Part shown: positions 14,958-25,500 of the stretch, in pieces
Layout: each line of letters begins with the position of its first letter
How positions within the stretch are numbered: the stretch's first letter is position 1
IMG/VR virus record: IMGVR_UViG_3300012953_000113
Span: 1-32,030 of that record
Reading direction: 5' to 3' (one strand)
DNA: 32,030 nucleotides
Source of the DNA: a virus
Lineage: Duplodnaviria; Caudoviricetes
The notes under the pieces: model-generated
What the model was told of the DNA's origin: nothing
Database searches by the model: none
What the model saw: the letters and a program-made list of their open reading frames with translations, nothing else
Translations under genes and position numbers: made by a program

Positions 14958-17203
14958 TGCCGTACCGTAAGCATCGGACAGGCTGGTATGGGTGGGGAGA
15001 TTACAGCAGCCAACCGGTCGGGCTTGCTCGAATAATGGATGAGTCTCCGTTCTCTGATGGAAGCACCGCTTCTCTCATCGAGAACTTCCACGTTAACGAG
15101 CAGGGCTTCCTGGTTAGCCAGCCAAGCATGACCTATCTCCTACCTGCACCATGGGTCAACACGCAGGGCACCGGGCTGAATGTTTACTTTTCAAAACCCG
15201 AGCCGTTAGTCACCACCATCGGTATGGGGTTTATGATGAGGGATGGGGAGGCCCCTGAGATTCTGCTTTTAGATGGTTCTGGGGTTTGGAGGTTTGCCCC
15301 ATGGAACAGGTCGCAGAGCATTCTTACGTCCACTGAAGATGTGGGCATAGAGGAGCAGCGCGAGTACGCCAAGGTTGGTGGTGGTTCTTACAGCGTTAAG
15401 CCCATCTCTACACCACGGTATCCATCCCAGGTTGAGACGGTAGCAAACAGGATCTACTTCTCATATTGTGACGGGGGTTCTGTTTGGTGTTGGGATGGGC
15501 ATCGGATCAGGAGGGTTGGTTTCACCCAAAAACCATCACCACCAGACGCCTTGGGTCCGGCGCGCGAAAACAAGAATGCGACAGGGAAGGAAAACTCTGG
15601 TGGCTGGTCTCACCGGGGCCGGATAGGCAATGCTGAATCTAACTGGACTGAGGAGGGTGGGTCTGGCCCAGCAGTACATACTGTTGGGGGCGTCGATGTT
15701 GGTCACTGGCGGTATGCTGTTGTCTATGAGGGAACGGACGGTGCGTATTCCGCTATGTCGGACCCTGGTGGAATGGTTTCAATCAGAAAGCAGGTTTGCC
15801 AATATACCGGATCAACGATTGAAGAGAAGCCTGATGAGTTATTGAAAAAGTTCAGGCTATTGTCTATCCCTCATGGTCCAGACAACTGTATCGCCAGAAT
15901 CATTCTCAGAACAAGGAACCTCCAACGCCTCCCCCCAGGTGACGATGGGTCGTTTCGGTTTGTCCACCGGATCCCTAATACAGTAGCTACTGACTACATT
16001 GATGACATTCCTGATGGCGAACTTGGGGCACCATGGCAGGACAGGGAGCCTTTCCCTATCGGCCCGTACTTTATCCGGCACTTCAATGGAAGCATGTGGT
16101 ATATGCGGACAGAGTCACACCCATCAAGAGTTTGGTGGTCTGAGCAAGAGAGCTTTAGCGGACCCATTCCTGAGTCCATTCTTTTCGGCCATTGGATGGA
16201 TGTTTACCCATCAACAGGCCCGATAACTGGATCGTTTTCTGCCTCTATTCCTGGGTCAAAGTCACCAGCGTTGTTGGTGTTTAAGGAGAATGCAACCCAC
16301 TATGTTGGTGGCGGTTACCCGTCTTGGCAGTTAGGAACTCTTCATCCAACAGCCGGGTGCGCTGGCCCGTCCTTGGTTCAAGCTGATCCATCCGGCAACA
16401 TAGTCTGGTATGGGTCGGGCACGTTTTGGCGCTTGGGGCCTGAGGGTGTTGAGGATGTTGGTAAGGCGATCACCAAGAGGCTTCAAGGAGTTAACTCCAC
16501 CATGGCCAGGATGGGCGTGTCTTGGTTTGATGCTAAGAATAAAGAGCTTGTTTTTTGGCTACCGATGCATGATAGCACCAAGCCGAACATGGGCTTCGTT
16601 TGGGACTATGTGTCTGGAGGTTGGAGAATCCTAACCCATATGACGGAAGTTAACGCCTGCCTCTCAATTCCTAATGAGAACATGATTCTTGTGGCCGGGG
16701 CTTACGAGGGGACAACTGGTTCTGGAATCGTGGACTATGGGGTTAGCGTTTATGGGCGGGGCTGGAAACGGGGTCGAGGGTGCTCTCCCTTTACTACGGC
16801 TGTATACAAGACGGGCTGGGTTGGGATGTCGGAGTTTGGGCCAGAGATGCATGCCAGTAAGCGTGGGGCCTGGCTTGTTGTTTCTGGTGAGGATGCAAAT
16901 CTGGGCGCTTCGTCCGTCAGCGTTTTTAAGAACCATAACAATATCGACCCCGTCACTGAGCCTCAATACATAGAGTCCTGCCACCCTGAAGAGGATGTGG
17001 CAGCAATGGATCACGCGGTTTTTAACTCAGACGTATGGAGGGAGCCTCGGTTCTTCTCTACACAGGTTCCAGTTGATGCGCCTAACGCGAGAACCCTACA
17101 AGTTTCTCTGAGTACAGGGTCGAGGGTAGCTTTGTTTAATATTGATCTTTATGGCCCGGTCACGTCTGGGAAGTTCAGTCGTGCTTCTGGCGGGGAGGGG
17201 TGA
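14957..17203 (+). CDS. Tail nozzle/hub (P22 gp10 / T7 gp12-like beta-propeller)
   Basis: 748 aa, TAATG-coupled; PSRVWWSE, GPITG, LLVFKEN, GCAGPSLV, YKTGW motifs. Confidence 0.8.
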   Translation: MPYRKHRTGWYGWGDYSSQPVGLARIMDESPFSDGSTASLIENFHVNEQGFLVSQPSMTYLLPAPWVNTQGTGLNVYFSKPEPLVTTIGMGFMMRDGEAPEILLLDGSGVWRFAPWNRSQSILTSTEDVGIEEQREYAKVGGGSYSVKPISTPRYPSQVETVANRIYFSYCDGGSVWCWDGHRIRRVGFTQKPSPPDALGPARENKNATGKENSGGWSHRGRIGNAESNWTEEGGSGPAVHTVGGVDVGHWRYAVVYEGTDGAYSAMSDPGGMVSIRKQVCQYTGSTIEEKPDELLKKFRLLSIPHGPDNCIARIILRTRNLQRLPPGDDGSFRFVHRIPNTVATDYIDDIPDGELGAPWQDREPFPIGPYFIRHFNGSMWYMRTESHPSRVWWSEQESFSGPIPESILFGHWMDVYPSTGPITGSFSASIPGSKSPALLVFKENATHYVGGGYPSWQLGTLHPTAGCAGPSLVQADPSGNIVWYGSGTFWRLGPEGVEDVGKAITKRLQGVNSTMARMGVSWFDAKNKELVFWLPMHDSTKPNMGFVWDYVSGGWRILTHMTEVNACLSIPNENMILVAGAYEGTTGSGIVDYGVSVYGRGWKRGRGCSPFTTAVYKTGWVGMSEFGPEMHASKRGAWLVVSGEDANLGASSVSVFKNHNNIDPVTEPQYIESCHPEEDVAAMDHAVFNSDVWREPRFFSTQVPVDAPNARTLQVSLSTGSRVALFNIDLYGPVTSGKFSRASGGEG

Positions 17204-17204
17204 G

Positions 17205-17948
17205 GTGCTGTATTTCCCGTATGGGCTTTATGATAGCGATGTGGCTGATCCAGACAAGGTCGCCAACGAATTCCAAGAAGCTCACAGGGTTGCTTCGGAT
17301 ACGTGCCAGTATCAGTTTCAGAGTCAAGCATTTAATCATACCGATCTTGAGCGGGGCACTCACGTTGTGGTGATGAGCGCCGGGGTTCAGACTGGGTTGG
17401 GTATCTCCAGCACAGGCCCACCCGTGCTAACCACAGCCAATGCGGACCTCTTTCAGATACCCTACGCGCGCGGGCTGCAAGAAATCGATCTTGGTTCAGA
17501 CGATTGGCCAGCGTGGACATCTGAATACCCAGAGCTTGTCTTTGTAACATTCTCATTTCAGTACGCTGAAATGGCAGGGTGGGCCTTCGGCGCAAGCCCG
17601 CCATTAGAGATTCGCCCGCGCGTTAGAATCTCCATTGATGGGACCATACCACCAGGCGCTGGTCCAGCAGCCCGATCAATGGACGGGCTGGAAAGAGGCA
17701 CGGGCCTTCCTGGTCTTACGGCGGTAACAAGCATCACAACAATGGCCTTCCTTGATGCTGGGAGTCACCGTGTGTCAGCAATGGCTGGCCAAGGAAGCGC
17801 GGCGGTACAGGCTGCTGCTGAGGCCACCGATGAATACACAGCATGGTTAACCGCCTCCATCGACAACCCTCCAGTTGACAAAGTAGTTATAGGTAACCGT
17901 CAAATGACAGTCATCCGTTTCGCGCGCGGTGGCGACTTGGGGAAGTAA
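17205..17948 (+). CDS. Putative tail-associated protein (paralogue 1, 247 aa)
   Basis: GGAGG SD with GTG 17205; N-terminal DVADPDKVANEFQ anchor-like motif; beta-rich C-terminus. Confidence 0.65.
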   Translation: MLYFPYGLYDSDVADPDKVANEFQEAHRVASDTCQYQFQSQAFNHTDLERGTHVVVMSAGVQTGLGISSTGPPVLTTANADLFQIPYARGLQEIDLGSDDWPAWTSEYPELVFVTFSFQYAEMAGWAFGASPPLEIRPRVRISIDGTIPPGAGPAARSMDGLERGTGLPGLTAVTSITTMAFLDAGSHRVSAMAGQGSAAVQAAAEATDEYTAWLTASIDNPPVDKVVIGNRQMTVIRFARGGDLGK

Positions 17949-17949
17949 C

Positions 17950-18690
17950 ATGTCAGTAAAACCACCAAAAGCTGGCGAAGTCATTGAGAAGGCTGATGTT
18001 GAAGACATGTTTGATGTCGTTCGCAACACAGTGAATAACCTCAAGCAGGAGAACCTTGGCCGAGCCACGTTTGGTCCGCAACACTTTAATCCCGGCAAAG
18101 CCCTTGCCGTCTCAGGCTCTCCAACCGGCTATATAACAAGCGCCACCACCTCGGGCATTCTTGAGGAGTCAGACTCTGCATCGTTCGACTATGGGGATAT
18201 GGTCACAATAACTGCTGGCGCTACCAATGAGACCACATGGAATGGCCACACTGACATTTCCCCTCTTCAGCTCAATGGCTCTGGAAGCGGATACGCTCTT
18301 CACCCAGGGATGATCGTCGTCTATTATTCACTGCGGATCAAGAATTGGACCACCGATAACCACTGGCATTGGTTCACTATGTTCGGTGGCTCCTATAAAA
18401 TCAACGGCGGCGCAGAAACTATGGCCCAACAGTCAGTCAATGTGGTCAGAAATACCATTCCCACATTACCATGGGCTGCGTCGATCCAAGAGGACAATGT
18501 GTCCTTTTGGTACTGCATTGACACGTCCGCAAGAACCGAGCCGTTCATTCTTACGGAACTCAACTTGCTTGGAGCTAAGTTGTCCGGCGGAACAGCCAAT
18601 GGTGTTGGCGGTACTGCCTTTACTAGTTGCGATCCGCAGATAGCTGGAGGGTATCATATGTTCCTCTCGTTTAAGTCACACAACTACTAA
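17950..18690 (+). CDS. Putative tail-associated protein (paralogue 2, 246 aa)
   Basis: AGEVIEKADVEDMF...VNNLKQENL anchor-like motif; beta-rich. Confidence 0.65.
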   Translation: MSVKPPKAGEVIEKADVEDMFDVVRNTVNNLKQENLGRATFGPQHFNPGKALAVSGSPTGYITSATTSGILEESDSASFDYGDMVTITAGATNETTWNGHTDISPLQLNGSGSGYALHPGMIVVYYSLRIKNWTTDNHWHWFTMFGGSYKINGGAETMAQQSVNVVRNTIPTLPWAASIQEDNVSFWYCIDTSARTEPFILTELNLLGAKLSGGTANGVGGTAFTSCDPQIAGGYHMFLSFKSHNY

Positions 18691-18700
18691 GGAGTCAACC

Positions 18701-19018
18701 ATGCCAGTAAAAGCCGTGCCGGGCGGATATAGAATCATCCCACAACGAAAAGACCCAGGTGCTCGCCGGACCAAGAGAGAGTTTAGAGATCAAGAGCAGT
18801 ACCAGACAATGATGAGCGGAGGAGAGGGGGGTCCAGCCCTGCTTCAAATGCCTGACCCTGGTGTCTCTGGTGCGGACCCGACCGTGGCGCCACCATCATC
18901 TTCTTTAGGTTCTGCGAGAGCTTCTGATCCAGCGAGTGTTGCTAAAGCTGGAACAGCAACCCAGCGAGCCAGATCTCTACCACCACGCCGCCCGCCACCG
19001 CGAGGCGGGGGTAGATAG
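18701..19018 (+). CDS. Small basic, probably disordered protein
   Basis: AAGGAG SD; R/P/G-rich, ends RRPPPRGGGR. Confidence 0.65.
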   Translation: MPVKAVPGGYRIIPQRKDPGARRTKREFRDQEQYQTMMSGGEGGPALLQMPDPGVSGADPTVAPPSSSLGSARASDPASVAKAGTATQRARSLPPRRPPPRGGGR

Positions 19019-19021
19019 CCT

Positions 19022-19816
19022 ATGCCCCAGATACCACCAATGGTGATTGCTGGTGACACGCTTCCCAGTAGAGAATTGTACAGGCCAGACGACCCAACCA
19101 CGGGTGCCCTGTACGACACGGCCAACTCAAACAGATCCTTAGAGTCTCTGAACGGCAACCTTAATCGGGAGAATGTTGACTTTAATGAGGGCGGAGCGTC
19201 TGGTGAAGCAATAACCATCCAGCCTTGGATGGTTCAGATAGGCACGTTTGCGCGAGGTGCCTATTGGGGTACAGACCGCTGGGAGTACTATTATGCGTCT
19301 CAGGCCAGCCGTAGCACTTACACCCCCTCTGGTGTTGGGGCTGAGAGAATAAGCTCCATTAGGATACCCATCGCTGGCCTGTCTCAACAGGTCTTCATTC
19401 CATATAAATGCACAATCATTTATGGCTATCAAGCTCTGTTCCGTCACGATGCCACACTGTGGGACCACGACGACACACCTAAGGCTGAGTATTGGGATGT
19501 TCACGTTAGGATCAATGACTCCTTCTCTGGATCTCAACCCACCCATGCTCACCGGGTAATGCTGCCCCCAGGGCGTGATTCGGACGAGGCTGCCACCCAC
19601 GCTGACATAGAGGACTTCGGTGAAACTGACACGTATGTTGGGCAGATGGATGAGCAGCGATGGAGATACGTTGAGAAGAGCGGGATGCACGCCCACACTG
19701 GACCTGGATTTTTTAAGTTCGAGGTTCAGATTGGTGCTCAAGTGTTCGCTCCAGACACACTTAAAGCGAAGACTTTGATCCCAACTTGCGCTGCGTGGAT
19801 TCTCGCGATCCGTTGA
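19022..19816 (+). CDS. Putative tail-associated protein (paralogue 3, 264 aa)
   Basis: AGDTLPSREL...LNGNLNRENV anchor-like motif; beta-rich. Confidence 0.65.
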   Translation: MPQIPPMVIAGDTLPSRELYRPDDPTTGALYDTANSNRSLESLNGNLNRENVDFNEGGASGEAITIQPWMVQIGTFARGAYWGTDRWEYYYASQASRSTYTPSGVGAERISSIRIPIAGLSQQVFIPYKCTIIYGYQALFRHDATLWDHDDTPKAEYWDVHVRINDSFSGSQPTHAHRVMLPPGRDSDEAATHADIEDFGETDTYVGQMDEQRWRYVEKSGMHAHTGPGFFKFEVQIGAQVFAPDTLKAKTLIPTCAAWILAIR

Positions 19817-19847
19817 CGCGCAACTAAAGACAACAAGGAGTTTCATT

Positions 19848-20375
19848 ATGTCGATAACGGTCGGAACAGCAATGGCCCTCGCCGCTGGAGCATCTGCCGC
19901 TAAGGGAATGTGGGCGGGGCGCAAATCAAAGATCGAGAAAGCCTACGGGAAAAGTTCCCTCGATGAACTGGGAAGAGTTTCTGGTGGCGAAGGCGGGATG
20001 TCAAGATCTAAGAGGCAGCAAGCCCAAGCCGAGGGTATGGGTCAAATTGATTCAACTATTGAGGAAGCCAGAGCTAAGAGCTTACGGGGTGCCAACTTAG
20101 GTAGTGGTCAAGCATTCGCCGCTCAACAGGAGTTGTCCAAGCAAAGACTCGGAGCCGAGTCTCAGATGATGAGTTCTGTGCGCCAGCAAGACCTTGAAGA
20201 AGCTCAGCGCCAACGTGAGGCCGCGTACATGAAGGCTGCTATGGCTGAGGACATGAGAAACAAGAGGATGGATCGAGCAGTAAAGGCAACAGAGGGTTCT
20301 GAATCTTACCTTGCGGGAATGGGCCAAGGGGCTTCCGAAAGAAAGATTGCAGCCGCAACCAAACTGCCAGGATAA
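19848..20375 (+). CDS. Internal virion/ejection protein (T7 gp14 / P22 gp7-like)
   Basis: Hydrophobic A/G-rich N-terminus (ITVGTAMALAAGASAAKG) followed by Q/A-rich helices; AAGGAG SD. Confidence 0.7.
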   Translation: MSITVGTAMALAAGASAAKGMWAGRKSKIEKAYGKSSLDELGRVSGGEGGMSRSKRQQAQAEGMGQIDSTIEEARAKSLRGANLGSGQAFAAQQELSKQRLGAESQMMSSVRQQDLEEAQRQREAAYMKAAMAEDMRNKRMDRAVKATEGSESYLAGMGQGASERKIAAATKLPG

Positions 20376-20386
20376 GGGGTACAACA

Positions 20387-22564
20387 ATGTGGTGGCTTTT
20401 TGCTTCAGAACTTATGCGATACCTGTCTGGATATTACGAGGGGTTAGCTACGCCCGGTGAAGGGATGAGCGATCACCAGCGCGAGTCTCTGCTTGCTGCA
20501 AACACAAGAGACAAAGCCCTTGCTGAGCAAAATCAAGCCCAAGTAATGAACAACTTAATGGAGACGTACAATAGAGTCCACGGCGCTCCAAGTGGGGAGG
20601 CTCTTTCTTCGCTTGCCAGCGCGTCTGCGGCGCTTGGAGAGATTATTCGCAAGGCAAGTGACTCAAAGGTTAAACACGATACGGGTGTGGTCGCTGAGGC
20701 GTTAGATAATGCCATCCGTAACGAGTCTTATTGGGAGGCCCCAAACCCTGCGGTGCAAGCCAATCTCCAAAACGCCTCCAACGAGGTGCTGGTATCGAAT
20801 GCGTTCAGGCGAGACCTTTTAGAAGGCAGCGGAGAAGCATACGATGCCGTCGCAGAGTACGCTTCGATGAGCAGCGCTGAGATTAGAGAAAGGTTCGGGA
20901 CCGGACAGGATCCATCCGGCAACAATGGTGCCGCTAACCACTTTTTGGGGGTGTTGGGGTTTATCGATCAGTCTGCTATCACCGGATTACAGTTGGGTGT
21001 GGACACCGCTCAAGCTGCGTTGAATCAAATCTATGAAGCGACAGGCCGCCCACCTTCTACTGAAGACTACGAAGGCCCGTGGTCTTGGAGAGAAGCCCCT
21101 GCTTCCGATGCAGATCCGGCGCTCCGTTTCTGGGTTGAATCCGCCGTTCCCGCTTCTGGTCCAGACGGTGGGTACTGGGTTAAGAGGGCCGATCCCCAAA
21201 ACCCGATGCCGCCCACGTATCTTAATGATCCCGCGTATATTGATGCTGTAGCTAAACTCAACGAGACCACTGCCGCCTTGGATGAAGCTACTGCGGACAC
21301 TGGGCTGGGAGCCTACGTGCCTGGAAGTCCAGCAGCCCTTCTTGCTGGAAGCATGGATGTGTATGCGACCGCCGCTATGAACGAAGTTCGTAGTGGCCAG
21401 CAAGGCCTGACAAGAGCAGGTGCCCCAATGAACCCTGACCAAGTGCTTGCTTTGAAGGACATAGCGGCCAGGAGAGGAGGGGTGCTGGTAAGGGAAATGC
21501 TTTTGGATGGCCTGAACGCGTTCCACGAAAATTTTGGTCACGGCCTGGGATATAGTAACCCCGCCATAGCATTTCAAGGCACGGCTGGCGCGAACCAGGC
21601 GGCTAACGCTTTAGTTTGGAACCCAAGAATGGGCAGCAGCGTTGCTTCAATGCTTAACTACACCGCCGAGGATCGGCGGGAACGCAGCGAACGAAGAGGG
21701 GCTTCGTTTGAGGAAATGAAACGGGTTGAGCAGTTAGTAATCGAACTCAGTGAGGATCAGAACTGGGGGTCTGGCGATGCAGCCAGGGCCAATAAGGTCC
21801 TCTTGACGATGATGGAGAACTATACTGATTCGGCTGACCCTGCAAACAGGGACCCACAGGTTTGGTTGGACGCTCTTCAGCAATACACGGCAGACAACAG
21901 CATTGCCGATATTGAGCAGTTTGACACAGATCGTGACCGGCTGCTGACTTCATCGGGAGATCCTCTGATTGATCAGATGAACGAAATAAGGGGCACTCCT
22001 GGTTTCGAGCGGGTCGCCCGCGCGACAGGCTTCGCCAGCACTAACGATCCATATGCTGTAAAGATGGCCATCCTTGGTCTCGGTAAGTCTTGGTCGGATG
22101 TGTTTAGGTTTGCTGCTGACCCCAGCGTAACAGATGCTGAGATTAGGGAGTACGTTGGGACCCAACACCCTGATGCTAACATGGGTTGGAGGGGTGACAT
22201 TAAGCGCTCTGGGGACTTAATGCGAGAGCGCCGGGCTGAACGCCAGGCTGCGCGTCGTGACGACGCTGATGAAACCCCGGTGTCAGTGCCAACCCCTCCC
22301 CCAAGACCGCCAGAACAACGGGCACCACAACCCGATCCTCCTGGTCGCCCACCCCCAGAAGAACAAGCAACCCAAGACGCTGCGCCAACTCCCGGTGGCG
22401 TCACCCCGAAAGGTAGGGGGCCGAGCAGTATCCCGATGAGTGTGGAGAAGATGATGGACATCAACTATCGCCGCAAGGGAATCCAGAGCAAGTACACTGC
22501 TGAGAGACAGAAGAGTATCTCCGATCTCGCAAAACGGTTAGGGGTGAGCACGGAGGTGCAGTGA
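20387..22564 (+). CDS. Putative internal virion/ejection protein (725 aa)
   Basis: Acidic helical protein between the gp14-like gene and the giant gene; Pro-rich C-terminal linker. Confidence 0.6.
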   Translation: MWWLFASELMRYLSGYYEGLATPGEGMSDHQRESLLAANTRDKALAEQNQAQVMNNLMETYNRVHGAPSGEALSSLASASAALGEIIRKASDSKVKHDTGVVAEALDNAIRNESYWEAPNPAVQANLQNASNEVLVSNAFRRDLLEGSGEAYDAVAEYASMSSAEIRERFGTGQDPSGNNGAANHFLGVLGFIDQSAITGLQLGVDTAQAALNQIYEATGRPPSTEDYEGPWSWREAPASDADPALRFWVESAVPASGPDGGYWVKRADPQNPMPPTYLNDPAYIDAVAKLNETTAALDEATADTGLGAYVPGSPAALLAGSMDVYATAAMNEVRSGQQGLTRAGAPMNPDQVLALKDIAARRGGVLVREMLLDGLNAFHENFGHGLGYSNPAIAFQGTAGANQAANALVWNPRMGSSVASMLNYTAEDRRERSERRGASFEEMKRVEQLVIELSEDQNWGSGDAARANKVLLTMMENYTDSADPANRDPQVWLDALQQYTADNSIADIEQFDTDRDRLLTSSGDPLIDQMNEIRGTPGFERVARATGFASTNDPYAVKMAILGLGKSWSDVFRFAADPSVTDAEIREYVGTQHPDANMGWRGDIKRSGDLMRERRAERQAARRDDADETPVSVPTPPPRPPEQRAPQPDPPGRPPPEEQATQDAAPTPGGVTPKGRGPSSIPMSVEKMMDINYRRKGIQSKYTAERQKSISDLAKRLGVSTEVQ

Positions 22565-25500
22565 TGGCATATGATCCGTTAGGCTTTCTTTCCCCCAGCG
22601 TTCGAGAATATGTCAAAGCCAGAAGGGAAGAGGAAGGCCTTGGTCAGGTTAGCGAGCTTGCGAGCCAGAGACATTGGGAGGCTCGCAATGCTGCTTCAGG
22701 GATTGTTCCTGTTGAATCCGTAGACGCGAGAGACCCAGAAGAGCACCCCGACGCACAAGTTGGGGCCATGGAGCAGGCCAGGCACGAACGTCTGAGTAGG
22801 AATATCAGGTTCCCCCCAGGGGAATCGGAGAGACGGCTTCACCGTTCAACCCAAATGTGGACTGGTCACAGGGGTCGCCGCCTTGGGATGGAGCAGCTTG
22901 GCCGATCCTCGTATGCCCGCAGAGGCTTCAGGCAGAACCTCCTCGCTACAGCAGATGATGTTGAGACTGCATCTGAAGTAAGCTGGCTAAGACACTTGGG
23001 TGCCGTCGATACGTTTGACGATCCGAGGCGCGTCTTGTGGGCTGGAGGCACCGCTCTGGCTGCATTGATGCCAGACCCAACACCACAAGAGCGAGACAAT
23101 ATTTCCAGAACTCTCGGCAACATGGCGGGAGATGCGGCCACTTGGGTGGCGCGCGGATACGGAGTTGCGGCAGGTCTGGTCGGCGAGCGTCTTGGAAAGC
23201 TGTTTGAGAAAACCGCCCTCGAAAAAGAAATAGAGGGCTGGGGGGTTGAGTTTCTACCTCAAGATGGGTTGTGGGGGTTCGCTGCAAAGGCAGCCAAGTT
23301 TGTTCCCACCATGGCTCAACGAACGCTCACTAATGCGGTAGGGCTTCCTGTCGATGATGTAACGTCGCTTCTCCCTTGGGAAATAGGTGAGACCTGGGAC
23401 AGGTGGACCTTGTATGGTGATATTGGTGCAAACCTGTACAGAGCAGGATCGACAGGCGAGTTGTTCAGGGCGGGGATTGGTGGACCCAGTTACTGGGTTG
23501 AAAACCACAACGTCTTACTGCCGAACCCTGCCGCGCTGCTGTTGTCGCCCATTGATGGTATGGGTTTAATTGAGTCAGGGATAGGAGCGCCAGACATTAG
23601 GTTGCTTGAGCGTGGGTCATGGGGTGTTCAAGAGACTGACTATTTCGCTCAGTGGTTGCGCCCAGGATCTGGACTGCATGGCCGTGATGGTATGTTTGGC
23701 AGGTCTGAAAACCCGATACACCACAACACTCAAGGTGTTGACATTATTGACGCAGCCCTCCCGGTTGAGCTTGCGGAAAGGCTGGCTGAGACCTTTGAGG
23801 AAGGTTCTGGCGCTCGTGATTTTTTTGAGGGAATGTCCACCCACACAGGCCGCCACCTGCTCGGCATAGCGATGGAGATGACGGTCGATCCGCTTTGGCT
23901 TGCTGGCCCAGCCAAAGGTGGGATGCTTGTACATAAGGCCGACAAGGCGTACCGGGTGTCCCGCTCAGTTGTTGAGTCGAGCAGCTTCTTAACCAGTGTC
24001 GTGGCTCACACTTCATCTGAAGTTATCAATAGGTCTGCAAAAGAAGAATCACTACTGCGCCATGGTTTGAACATCATTCTTAAGGAGTCCGACGAGGAGG
24101 TTCAAGTATCCACCAAGGCGTTCCAAGAAGCGATTGGTCAGGCTCAAAGCAGGGTTGATGATATACAAGAAAGGGTGGACGAGTATACTCGAATCATTGA
24201 AAACCTTAGTAATGATCCAGACGCAGCGCTAACAGCGTGGAGAAAAGAGCAAGAGCTTCAGAAGATCCGGCTCGCCGCTGCCAGGGAGGCTGGGCCGTCC
24301 AACATGTCGAGGCATAGCAAGGTAGCGAAGCGCCAGAAGGCTCAGTGGGATCAAGATGTTGAGCGGCACACTCAACGGTTGAACGAACAAATGGCTGCGC
24401 TCGACAAGGGTGAGATGGGTTCTGACGGCGTCGTCTCCGGCTTACAACAATCGATCACAAGCTATTCTCTGCGTCAGAAAAACCTGATTCAAGGAACGGA
24501 GCGGGCAAGAGAAACATTGAAGCACATGCTTGTCTCAAAGCGGTCTTTATTAACGGATGAGACTGGAAGTTTGGTGTGGCACATCCCGTTCACGGAGTCA
24601 ACGCTACGGCTCTTTCCTGACGGGGACCTTGTTGGTAAGGTGTTTTCCCCGTTGGCTACAGCCGCCAACAAGGGTGCGTCCCTTATTGTTGACCCCGCAA
24701 AAGCTCTATCAAAGATTGTTAAGGAGGGTTCTGAGCGTGCCGCAGCGAAGCGCAGATCGACCGCCACCGTCCCCTCTGGGAGCAATGGGGTCTCATACGG
24801 CGAGGCTCTTTCCGCCATCGTTCACAGCACCCTTAAGGTTGGGACAGATGTAACGGTTAAGGCTCCTTTAGAACTGGCATCGTGGACGTGGGATTTATTG
24901 GCCAGCATGGTTGGTCATCGCGGAATCCGCCCATATCTAACAAAGATCCGAAACAATGCCGAGTTTGCTCATTTGGCAAGTTCAGGAATGGGTTCGTCGG
25001 TACTTCATCGTTTAGGTTTCGCGGACGTTGTGTTGGGTCGGGTCTCAAACGAGATTTGGAATGCATATCAAAGCGCATGGAGCGAATATGCGCGAACCCT
25101 TTCCGCAGCAGACTCTGACGTTCAGCGGTTCCAAATCATGGCGTTCAATGAAGCGAAGCGGGTTTACGAGGCCCGTCTTGCTGAAGGAACAATGACGGAA
25201 GCCCAGTCGTTCGACGACGTTTTGGTGGAGGCTAACCACTACTGGGAGATTGGCTCAGGCAAGATGGAGTTGGAGCGTCAGGATCTCATTCCTCTCAGGG
25301 AGATTGTTGAGGACTTCATCAAGACCCTCAGTGATCGAATCAACAAGCCTGTTCAGGAGATTCAACAAAGCCTGGTTCAGATGGTTTTAAGAGGAGACAT
25401 GAAGGGCGATGCTGCCCGCTACCGTGAGCAAATGCGATTGCTACAGCCTCTTAAAGACAACGCTACCCGCATCCAGAGGGAGATTGATCTGTTGGAGAGC

